From Octopus sinensis (Eukaryota): DNA of 64,000 nucleotides. Both the position numbers and the translations under genes were made by a program. Within the stretch, counting starts at the first letter, position 1. Each line of letters begins with the position of its first letter. Where the stretch lies: the NCBI RefSeq assembly GCF_006345805.1, contig NC_043014.1:40362001-40426000 (forward strand). Direction: 5' to 3'. Below are positions 50,766-61,854 of this stretch, piece after piece. The notes beneath the pieces are model-generated. The model did not search any database, had not been told where the DNA came from, and saw only the letters and a list, made by a program, of their open reading frames with translations.

Positions 50766-51616
50766 TATATATATATATATAAGTGAAGGCATATGGTTTC
50801 ATGGTTAGGGTGTTGCACTCATGATTGCAAGATTGTAGGTTTGATTCCCAGACAAGGTGTTGCATTGTGCACTTGAGCAAAGTACTTCATTTCACGTTGC
50901 TCTGTGACCTTTTCATCATCTCACATGTAGCACATGGTGCACCAGTAGTGGTAATGTCTATCAAATGGAGGGAGTGAGCTTATATGTACACCAACGTTTG
51001 ATCACTATAAACAAATCCTTTGTGTGGTTGTTCACCAAGAAATTACTGAACCCTCATACATTGTCTAATGATGGGAGAGTTCCAGTATATATATCATCAT
51101 TGTTTAACGTCCGTTTTCCGTGCTAGCACGGGTTGGACGGTTCGACCGGGGTCTGGGAAGCCAGGAGGCTGCACCAGGCTCCAGTCTGATCTGGCAGTGT
51201 TTCTACAGCTGGATGCCCTTCCTAACGCCAACCACTCTGTGAGTGTAGTGGGTGCTTTTTACGTGTCACCGGCACAGGTGCCAGGGGAGTCTGGCAGCGA
51301 CCACGATTGGTTAAAGTGCTTTTTACGTGCCACCGGCACGGAAGCCAGTCAAGGCGGCGCTGGCATCGGCCACGTTCGGATGGTGCTTTTTACGTGCCTC
51401 TGGCACTGGTATATTTACTTGGACCTATTGTGTAATTGTGTTTATATATTTTTACACATGTAAAAGTATATACACTCTACTTATGTATGTATATGTGTAT
51501 ATATGTATATGTATATGTATAAGTTTATATGGATGTTTGTTCATATTTTTTATATATATTAAATAATACGTGTACTATGTTTCATGTATTAATATTTTTA
51601 AAGTTCCTTATAACCT

Positions 51617-51748
51617 CTGGTGAGGCTTATGGTTGTATATATAAGTACCCTATTTTTAAATGCCTACAACCTCAATATAGTGACAACTATAGGCAATAAA
51701 ATTAAAAATAAAAATAACTAATTTTAACCATAGGCTGAAACAGCTGTA
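51617..51748 (+). ncRNA. Degenerate hammerhead motif with a 91-nt loop II
   Basis: CTGGTGA-GGCTTATGGTT (51624-34)...AACCATAGGCT (51726-36)-GAAAC-AGCT-GTA; 11-bp stem II, stem I mostly lost. Confidence 0.5.
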
Positions 51749-51962
51749 AGAAGTGATTTTAATGATTTCAATAATTTATTATGATTTTTAAAATTTATAT
51801 TCTTATCTTATATGTATTGAATTATAAGATATATATGTATGCTATTTATTTCTCATTTTGTTAAATGAATAAATAATCCAACATTATAATATCCGAAAGT
51901 TGATGAACAAACTAAATTTGTTTCTCCATTTCCTTATTTGTATCATATATATATATATATAT

Positions 51963-52135
51963 ATTGGGTTGTCTGGAAAGTTCGTGCTGATTTTGAAAGG
52001 AAAGGAAAAGGTCAATAAATACTTGCCATTACATTTTGAATCAACCAAATATGAACCATTTTGTTGCACAATGTGTCTCCATCTTTCCTTTAATTTGAAA
52101 ATACCCTCTTCCCAGAATTGAGGTGGTTTCATGGC
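51963..52135 (-). mobile_element. Mariner 3' end fragment
   Basis: [25 protein letters not shown]-terminus; terminal TA|TTGGGTTGTCTGGAAAG. Confidence 0.75.
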
Positions 52136-52185
52136 AAAAAACTATATATATATATTGTTTATATTATGTATATCTATTTATGCAG

Positions 52186-52482
52186 GTTCATTATGATTTT
52201 GGATTACGGAACATTTTATCTGTACTCCGCACACTTGGAGCAAAGAAAAGAGCCTCACCTGAAGAGACAGAACATACGATTGTGATGAGTGTTCTTAGAG
52301 ATATGAACCTGTCAAAGCTGGTGGACCAAGATGAACCTCTGTTTTTATCACTTATAAACGATCTTTTTCCTGGAATAATTCTTAGTAAACAGAAATATGC
52401 AATGTTGGAAAATGCTATTGACAAGCATATTAATGAAAGCCGTCTTGTTCAACATCCTTCATGGATTCTGAAAGTTATCCAG
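52186..52482 (+). CDS. DNAH5: Dynein heavy chain exon 8, AAA1 lid
   Basis: tgcag|[19 protein letters not shown]...[26 protein letters not shown]...WILKVIQ|gtgagt; 297 nt. Confidence 0.97.
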
Positions 52483-52598
52483 GTGAGTCAAATTTTGTTC
52501 TTTTTCTGGAAAGGTTAATTAATCTTTGGTACTCATTGAGCAGGTTTATCATGAACCAATAAATTACTAATAAGATAACATGGAACAATTATGAGTAT

Positions 52599-52642
<44 letters not shown>

Positions 52643-52869
52643 CGTTAGGAAGGGCATCCAGCTGTAGAAACATTGCCAGATTAGACTGGAGCCTGGTGCA
52701 GCCTTCTGGCTTCCCAGAACCCCGGTCGAACCGTCCAACCCATGCTAGCATGGAGAACGGACGTTAAACGACGATGATGATGATGATGATGATATATATA
52801 TAAATTTTATTTCGTAATGAGATAAAAAAACCAAGGCTGTATAGATTTTAGAACATTTATAGATAGAAG

Positions 52870-52921
52870 GTCTTACAGCTGTTTCCAGGATATTTATTAA
52901 TTATATCCCTTCATTGGAGAC
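52870..52921 (-). ncRNA. Degenerate minimal hammerhead motif
   Basis: Minus strand GTCT-CCAATGA-A-GGGATAT aattaataa ATATCCT-G-GAAAC-AGCT-GTA-AGAC; stems intact, core CUGAUGA mutated at two positions. Confidence 0.6.
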
Positions 52922-53162
52922 GGTGTGAGAGGATGGTTAAGAAATAGTTAATTTAGATAAGATATAAATTAGAGATTGAGATGGAGGAAATAAAAGAAAA
53001 TAGATGCGAGATATGTAGGGATATTGCATGGTATACATATAATATTCCAGTACCTTATGAGTAAAATCCAATAGAATTTAAAATTGGTTATTCCAAGTAT
53101 AGAGTTTATACACAGTGTTATTGAATCCAGGGTTGTGTTTAAAGTGACCTAAAATATAGGGA

Positions 53163-53229
<67 letters not shown>

Positions 53230-53420
53230 AAACAGCAGTTTGCAATTTTTCACCTAAAAGGAGAATTACAAATGTCACTAAACGTGACTAGGATGTTAGG
53301 AAATACGTGCATTGCTAGAAATAATAGGTAAACCATTCTAAAGCTGTAGTTAATGCACATGAATGAAAGCTAACAACACTAACAAGGACCATAATCATCC
53401 GGAAAGTGTTGATCAAGAAT

Positions 53421-53473
53421 TCTTAATACTGGTGTGTCAGTTTTGGCAATTTCTGCTGCCTCATCACTTAAGA
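53421..53473 (-). ncRNA. Inactivated hammerhead motif, inverted paralog of 53777-53829
   Basis: Minus strand reads TCTTAA-GTGATGA-GGCAGC agaa ATTGCC-AAAA-CTG acacac CAG-TA-TTAAGA; C3>G and G12>A in the core. Confidence 0.75.
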
Positions 53474-53776
53474 CCACTTGATTGTTCGACTCTTTCCAGA
53501 CTCGCTTTGCCATTAGTATTTATGTTTTTATTATCTAAATAATTGGATGATTTAGTGATTTGCTAATGTGTATATATAAAATTAACATAAACATAAGTTG
53601 GCAATTTTTCACCAAAAAGGAGAAATACAGATGTCACTAAATGTGACTAGGGTGTTAGGAAATGCCTACGTTGCTAGAAATAAGAGCTAAACCACTCTAA
53701 TGCTGTAGTTAATGCATGACATAAACATAAATACTAATAGTGAAGCAAGTTCGGAATGCGTCAAACAATCAAAAGG

Positions 53777-53829
53777 TCTTAACTGATGAGGCAATGGAAA
53801 TTGCCGAAACTAACATGTCAGTATTAAGA
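53777..53829 (+). ncRNA. Type I hammerhead ribozyme motif, intact core, sense to the dynein intron
   Basis: TCTTAA-CTGATGA-GGCAAT ggaa ATTGCC-GAAA-CT aacatgtc AG-TA-TTAAGA: stem I 6 bp, stem II 6 bp, stem III ACT/AGT, GUA triplet. Confidence 0.85.
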
Positions 53830-55505
53830 ATTCTTCATTGGCACTAATATTCGTCGCATTTTCCGTTGCGTTGCTGTCTTTATGAGGCTCATAGAGCAAA
53901 ATATGCCAAAAAGGATCCTTTGTCATTTCCATTATAGCTTTGAGAAAATAACTGTTAAAATCGAACTGCACTCTTCAAAACTTGCACTAAGAATAAGTCC
54001 AAGGTAACATTACTACCTGCTTTTATAGGAAGTTGATACAGGAGGCTGTGGTTGAAGCCAATGATGATTTTATTGAATAAATTTACTCTTTAGTATTTCA
54101 AGATGTTTTTATGTAATTTTGGTAAATATATCTGTTAAAACAAGATGTCAGTGTTATTTTCATTTTTGCGTAAATTAGATGACAGTTTATTCACTGCACC
54201 GTGTATATATATTTTGGATAAAGATAGTTATGGCCAATTGGTCTTTGGAGTTACCCAGGGTTTCATGTCCATAAAGCGCTTAGCTTTACAGTGTCTTTCC
54301 AGACCCTAATGTATATCATCATCATCATCGTTGTTTAACGTCCACTTTCCATGCTAGCATGGGTTGGACGATTTGACTGTGGGCTGGCGAACCAGATGGC
54401 TGCACCAGGCTCCAGTCTTGATCTGGCAGAGTTTCTATAACTGGATGCCCTTCCTAACGCCAACCACTCCGAGAGTGTAGTGGGTGCTTTTACATGCCAC
54501 TGGCACGGGGGCCAGTCAGGCGGTACTGGCAACGACCTCGCTCGAATTTTTTTCCACATGCCAATGGCACAGGTGCCAGTTAGGCGATGCTGGTAATGAT
54601 CCCGCTTGAATGGTGCCTCCTACATGCCACTGGTACAGAAGCCAGTTAGCCGCTCTGGCAATGATCATGCTCGGATGGTGCCTTTTATGTGCCACTGGCA
54701 CAGAAGCCAGTTAGCCGCTCTGTCAACGATCACGCTCGTATGGTACTCGTGCCCATCATCGAATTTCATTTGCCTCAACAGGTCTTCGATTTCACTTGCC
54801 TCAACAGGTCTTCGCAAGCAGGGTTTAGTGTCCAAAGAAGGAAAAGGTATGTACAAGTGGGCTGGTTACGCCCCTATGTATATACATAAATACTCTAAAT
54901 ATTATATTTCAGTATTTACACATTTTATGTGAGTGTCTGAACGAAACACTCAGTGGGTTGTTTAATGGCCAGATCACGTAGTACACACACAGTTAAATTA
55001 GTGTTAGCATAATTTAATAAAGAAAAAAAACCATTAAATATTTAATGAAGAATAACTGTCATGTGAGAAAAGAACAATATTAGTCAATGACTAATATTGC
55101 TTCAATTAAGTCTGCCTGATTATCACTGCATAATTATTTCCACTTACATTCAATGCTTCCGGTATTAAAACTACTCTAACACTAACTTATAGTCTTTTGT
55201 GTGAATGGCAGTCCCTGAGTCATTTTAATTATGAAAACTGGTGATGGTCAACACTAACCAAAGAAAAGTTTTAACACTGACAACACGTGATGAGTTATTG
55301 TGTTGTGAGGAGTGGGGGGGAGACTTCTAATGTTTTGGTAAAGTTTTTTTTTTTTTTATCTGTGATGGAATGATATGTGTTTTAGAAAAGTTTAAAATAA
55401 ACATGAAAAAAATGTAATGAAAGGTGAGGAAAATGGAGAAAAATGATCAGATATTCTATAGATGTTTGAAAAATAGAATTCAGAAAAAAAAGTGTATTGT
55501 ATTGT

Positions 55506-56520
55506 TGTTGTAGGGATTTAGTAATAATGGTACCACCCTGCCATGTGACAAGTGGTTTAAGCTGGTTACTATAAATAGGAGAGTACGAGGAAGTATGTGG
55601 TAGGCAGTCAGAGATAGTCGTGTCTTTACTGGTTCTACTAAGTATACTATATACTGAAGTGGGCATCATAACAATCCAACATTTTAAGGATGTAACAGTG
55701 GTGATGAGGATTGAAACAACTCGCAAGGAATTAACAAACTTAACGAGGAATTAACAAACTTAACGAGGAATTAACAAACTTGACGAGGAATTAACAAACT
55801 CGATGAGGAATTAACGACTCACAAGGAATTAACAAACTCATGAAAGTTTTTGTCGTGCAAATTTTACAAAAAAAAAAAAATCGTAAAATTATGGAAAATT
55901 TGTCGGTCGGTTTGCTCAAGTTGCAAAAACAGCAACAGCAACAACAACAACAACAATTACTAATTACAACAACAAATGCTGCAATTAATGAAGTCAACAG
56001 GAAATTCAGAAAAAATGTTCTCACCAGACTATATCACAAATTCCATAACAGAGTTCAAATATGAACCAAATGAAAGAATCATCTTTGAAGCATACTATAG
56101 AAGATATGAGCAAAACTTTGATTGGGATGACAAATATGAAAATGGGCTTAATCTTAAGAAAACTGGTGGCAGCAAAAATATGAATGATACAGTAATTATG
56201 TACTCCTAAGGAAAACCTTCGAACATAAACTTTAATGACACAATAGATATATTGTGTAAAAGTTTCAGTGAAAAAGGCTCATTATTCAACACATGTTGGA
56301 AGTATCTGAACATAGAGAAAAACAATGATAAGGACTACATCACATATGCTGGTAGAATAACCAAGGAATGTGAGAAGTTTAAGCAGGATGAATTAATGCT
56401 AGATATGTTCAAATGCTTGATTTTTACAGAAGGACATAGAAGTTAGAACTAGAATTCTCGCAAAGCTGGAACAAAACCAATGTGTAACACTGCAGCAAAT
56501 GTCAGAAGAATGTGAAAGGA
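55506..56520 (+). mobile_element. Truncated Ty3/Gypsy element: putative LTR (55506-55697), PBS-like site, decayed gag
   Basis: TGT...ACA segment with TATAAATA, followed by TGGTGATGAGG; frameshifted FSPDYITNSITEFKYEPNERIIFEAYYRRYE...SLFNTCWKYLN...FKCLIFTEG...ILAKLEQNQCVTLQQMSEECER resembles K02A2.6-like gag. Confidence 0.7.
55727..55841. repeat. About 20-bp minisatellite GAGGAATTAACAAACTTAAC, about 6 units
   Basis: Read directly; lies between the PBS-like site and gag. Confidence 0.9.
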
Positions 56521-57672
56521 TATATATATATATATATATATATCAGTTTCCTTTCCTTTTCCAGTTGCAGCTCGACACCTGCAACTGTTGAACTGAAGTA
56601 TTTATCGTCACACATCTAAAACAACCTGCGTTGGCCATTTATAAGTTAATAACAGAAATAATTAGAGACCGGGATAACTGAAAGCTATCAGTATGCAACA
56701 TGTGGTTGGCCCATATCTGAAATCAGCTGCACTATCTATGTGATAACGGAGGCCCTTGGCAATCTGTCCTAGGCCATCTGTGTTGGCTGTATGCCCAAAT
56801 GATTGGAACTGTTAGAGTGACAAGAATGGAAGCTGGCAGAAATGTTAGAACGCCGGGTGAAATGCTTAGCGGTATTTCGTCTGCTGCTACGTTCTGAGTT
56901 CAAATTCTGCCGAGGTCGACTTTGCCTTTCATCCTTTCAGGGTTGATAAATTAAGTACCAGTTACACACACTGGTTGATATAATCGACTTAATCCATGTG
57001 TCTATCCTTGTTTGTCCTCTCTGTGTTTAGCCCCTTGTGGGTAGTAAAGAAATGGGTATTTCATTTGCCGTTACATTCTGAGTTCAAATTCCGCCGAGGT
57101 CGACTTAGCCTTCCATCCTTTCGGGGTTGATAAATTAAGTACCAGTTTCACACTGGGGTCGATGTAATCAACTTAATCCCTTTGTCTGTCCTTGTTTGCC
57201 CCCTCTATGTTTATCCCCCTGTGGGCAATAAAGAAATAAGAATGGAAGCACATATCACCGAGCTACCTTCAACATTCTGCAAAAAGTTTAGGCACCAATA
57301 GTAGTCTTTTATAGGGTACAAGAAGACTATTCTAGAAAACTATATCAGGTGATGGCTTCATGCTGATTGGTTGCTTAATAGACCAATCACATGAAACTCT
57401 TGTGGTTCATTCATGGTGTCTGACCAATTATCTAGACATTAGGTTTCGAACCATTGCTCCAGTATGTTAATTTCAGAGAATTCCTGAATTTAAAAAATTT
57501 TTTTCCCTTCATATTCAAATTCAGTTGTTTACCTTCTCCTGAACCAAATATAATCTCAATAAATCCAGAATTTATCTTGTATGGTATTTACAATACCCTT
57601 TTTTTCCCTTGTTACCCAAATTCATGCCACTTGCAACTGATTTAATTCTCCTTGGTCCATTTTTGTTATATA

Positions 57673-57707
<35 letters not shown>

Positions 57708-57954
57708 TCATTACCATCATCATCGTTTAATGTCCGCTTTCCATGCTAGCATGGGTTGGACGATTTGACTGAGGTCTGGCAAACCAGATGGCTGCACCAG
57801 ACTCCGATCTGATCTGGCACAGTTTTTACAGCTGGATGCCCTTCCTAACACCAACCACTCCGAGAGTGTAGTGGGTGCTTTCATGTGCCACTGGTACGAG
57901 GGCCAGTCAGGCGGTACTGGCAACGGCCACGCTCAAATGTTGTTTTTTTATGTG

Positions 57955-58363
57955 TGAGACACAGCGAGATGAAAACGCCCCCAACCAGTGACAAAGTGGA
58001 GGGTCGTGGATTCATCATGACAATGTATCTTCATACACTGCTTTGAGTATGAGACAATTTTTGACCAAAAATGGGATGACCCCATTCATCCACCCTCCCT
58101 ATTTACCTGACCTTGCTCTTTGCAACTTTTTTTTTTTCCTGAATGAAAAAAGTCCTTTTTGCAGATAAAAATATGATAGAGGCATTGAAAGGCACCGCTT
58201 CACAAGTGTTCTTCGACTGCTTCAAACTGTGGAAAATGCGTCTGGACCGATGCTTTGCTTCAAATGGAGAATACCTTGAAGGCAATAAGAGTGCAAACAT
58301 GTAAAACTAAATGAATAAAATAATATTGCAAAATTCCGGTTTCTTTTGGCTATCCTCTCATAT
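57955..58363 (+). mobile_element. Decayed mariner 3' fragment with TIR
   Basis: WIHHDNVSSYTA...PPYLPDLALCNFFFF...WKMRLDRCFASNGEYLEG; ends ttccggtttcttttggctatcctctcata. Confidence 0.75.
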
Positions 58364-58966
58364 ATATAAAACACCCATGCTGGTGCCATGTAAAAAAGCA
58401 CGTGCTGGTGCCACATAAAAAGCATCCATGCTGGTATTACATAAAAGACATGGGTACTTTTCCATGGAGTGATGTTAGCCATGACTGAACTGTGTCAGTT
58501 GTGTGTGTGTATGTACATGTATGTTATCCTCTAATCCAAAAATGATAACGACCATGTTGTCAAAATGAATTCTCATTCATAAGGGCAATATGAGAATATT
58601 TTGCTTTTTGAGTTCACCTGGACTATGCAAATTTTTTTGTAATTATTCTCCTTTCCACAAAGCAAAGCTTGCAATGCCTACTTCCATTCAGGTTGTTCTA
58701 ATGATTTCCTATTGATTTTTATACAGTAGTATTTACTCTGTTAATTGCCATAAACCATATACAGCTAGCTAACTGTGTCTCTCATGGATTAAAAAAAAGT
58801 GTCTGGCACAGGAGCGGCTGTGTGGTAAGTAGCTTGCTTACCAACTACATGGTTTTGGGTTCAGTCCCACTGCGTGGCACCTTGGGCAAGTGTCTTCTAC
58901 TATAGCCTCGGGCTGACCAAAGCCTTGTGAGTGGATTTGGTAGATGGAAACTGAAAGAAGCCCGTC

Positions 58967-58999
<33 letters not shown>

Positions 59000-59612
59000 C
59001 GTGTGTGTTTGTGTTTGTCTCCACCAACATCACTTGACAATCGATGCTAGTGTTGACATCCCCATAACTTAGCAGTTTGGCAAAAATAACCAATAGAATA
59101 AGTACTTGGCTTACGAAGAATAAATCCTGGGGTCGATTTGCTCGACTAAAGGCAGTGCTCCAGCATGGCCACAGTCAAATGACTGAAACAAGTATTAGAG
59201 TAAAAGTGATTATTCAGCCTGGTCTGAAAGGGACTCTCCATTGCCCTGACACATTTCTGTATGTGTGTCACACTGTTGTTGTTGGACAACACCACCTCTA
59301 CTTTGTAGACCATGGTTTCAGTTCTGCATTGACAATCCTCTGAGCATTCACTGTAAAACCTATATGAATACCCCACCTCTGCCCAATCCCTTGGTGTACT
59401 CAATAATATTTTTTGCTATTTTGCACACAGCTGAACAAAGCGTTAGTAGTTGTATTGTACAGTTAATAAGTTTGCTTTTAAGAACAACACAAACCCTGTG
59501 TACCCTAGCAAGCTTATTTGATATCTTTGTGTGCATTTATTCTTAAAGCATATTTAAATGTACATAAGAATAATATTGCATGTGTAATCCCAAATTGTTA
59601 ATTATTTTTCAG

Positions 59613-59859
59613 TTGTATGAGACACAACTAGTACGACATGGAATGATGACTTTAGGCCCAAGTGGCTCAGGGAAGACATGTTGTATTCATACACTAATGA
59701 AAGCAATGACAGAATGTGGACAAGTGCATAAAGAAATGAGGATGAATCCTAAAGCCATTACTTCAGCACAGATGTTTGGCAAACTTGATGTAGCAACTAA
59801 TGACTGGACTGATGGGATATTTTCAACTCTTTGGAGAAGGACCCTGAAAGCAAAGAAAG
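59613..59859 (+). CDS. DNAH5: Dynein heavy chain exon 9, AAA2 Walker A
   Basis: tttcag|[22 protein letters not shown]...[40 protein letters not shown]|gtatgt. Confidence 0.97.
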
Positions 59860-60272
59860 GTATGTCATTCACAATATTTAATTTTTTATTGGGAAATATT
59901 GCAAGAATTTTAAAATGATTTGAAGGAGGTGTGGCTATTATTTCTAGAACTGAGGATGACCATGTTATTTTTTTTCACCTCCTTCAATTTCTAGTATCAT
60001 AAATGATTCCTTATTGACCTGTATCTTGCTTCTGCATTGGTTTAGTATTGTAGATTCTATCTCATTGGTAAATATTGTAGACAGTGCTGTTTAAGGCATA
60101 GGTACACTGTGAAGTTACCCAAGAGTCCCACATGTGTAGGGACCTACTTCTCATCTATGTATACAGTGGCTTACAATTAATAAATAAAATACAGGGAGCT
60201 CAGTGCATTTATTTGCCCAGAGTCTTATAAACTGATGAGACAGTCTTGATTGTAGACAGATTTAATCCTTAA

Positions 60273-60491
60273 CCCTTTAGTGTTCTGGTTATTCTATCAA
60301 ACATAATGCCTATTGATTCCCATTGATTTGAATTAATCATGCATTATCTCATATCTTCAAGATCTTGATGGTGTAATTACCTAATGTAGAATAACATTGT
60401 AGGGTAGGAGTGAGAGCCTGGATCTGGTCAGTTTGAACATAAAACAGATTAAATATTTTGGCCGGATATGGCCGGTTTCAATACTAAAGGG
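60273..60491. mobile_element. piggyBac-type MITE, second family
   Basis: TTAA|CCCTTTAGT...ACTAAAGGG|TTAA; related internal piece at ~5165-5300. Confidence 0.8.
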
Positions 60492-60913
60492 TTAAAGGTA
60501 AATGGTCTTTGATTGGCCAGTATTGTAAATGGTCCATCATCGCTTCACTAGATGCTAGTGGTGGGAAGCTGTAAGAAAGTAGTAGAGATGATAAAGTAAC
60601 TGAAGAAAAAATTCTGAGTAAATTTTAAATTGTTGCTGAGAGAGATTAAAATGATTTATTATGGAGTGCGCTTCAAATTTTGGACAGCTGGGATTTGTGG
60701 TTTGTCAGATAGTAGGAGATAGAACCTAAGTCGAACCAAGGACTTACAGATAAGAGAGAAGGAATTACTCAACAGATTTGATAAATTTCATTGTTGATAT
60801 CGTTGTATTTCGGAATGGTCATTTTGCCAGTTTAGCCAATAAAAACACACGCACTATATATTTGGTGTTACTTTGCTTCAGTGTTATTCATTTTTTAATC
60901 TTAATCTTATTTC

Positions 60914-60958
60914 GGTCAAAGTTCTTTCGTCACACTCCTGTGACCTCGTCAGTGGTCC
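60914..60958 (-). ncRNA. Degenerate hammerhead motif
   Basis: Minus strand GGACCA-CTGACGA-G-GTCAC aggagt GTGAC-GAAA-GAAC-TT-TGACC; core and stem II intact, stem I poor. Confidence 0.5.
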
Positions 60959-61612
60959 TTTGCTTTCTTATTTCTTATTTGTGTGTCTCTCCTTACTAAC
61001 GGTCAGCCATTTTGGATTTTGTATTCCTATTGTCAGTAAGTGGAGCCAAAGACTTACAGACGAGAGAGAAGGAATTACCCAACAGATGAAGATAACCAAA
61101 TATATAGTGCGTGTGTTTTTATTGGCTAAACTGGCAAAATGACCATTCCTAAATACAACAATATCTGTTTCAACACACGATTTCACATCAAAAATCTTGC
61201 AAAACAAATATATAAATTTAATAATTATTGATATCGTTATAGTTAAACAATGATTAATTAATGTGTGCAGGAAGCAGGGAGGCTTAAAATTTATGAGATG
61301 TGGTTAACCATTTTGGAAACTAACATGAGTATTTAACTCGGAGCATATCACCATTAGCTGGACCTCATATATTCTTGTCCTCACTGGAAAAGCACAATGG
61401 TTGCATTGTAGGGATTACAGACGATAATTTTTTGCTGACAGGGAAAACCTTTAATTTGTATTCACATGTTTTGAGTGTATTATTTGGCAGAGAGCCATGA
61501 ATGAAAAGCAGTTTTTGCACTGGTACCCTTTGAAAAATTTAGATTCATATGAGGTACTTCGTTCTTTATGCTCAGCTTACAAAGTGTGTTGTACTTGGTT
61601 TGTTTAATGCAG

Positions 61613-61854
61613 GGGAACACATTTGGATTGTTTTGGATGGACCTGTAGATGCTATTTGGATAGAGAACCTTAACTCGGTACTAGATGACAACCGGACATT
61701 AACATTGGCAAATGGAGATCGTATATCAATGGCACCGAATACAAAGATCATATTTGAACCACATAATATTGATAATGCTTCTCCAGCCACTGTGTCCCGT
61801 AATGGCATGGTTTATATGAGTAGCTCAGGACTGAATTGGAAGCCCATTCTTCAG
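61613..61854 (+). CDS. DNAH5: Dynein heavy chain exon 10, AAA2
   Basis: tgcag|[39 protein letters not shown]...[26 protein letters not shown]|gtatat. Confidence 0.97.
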
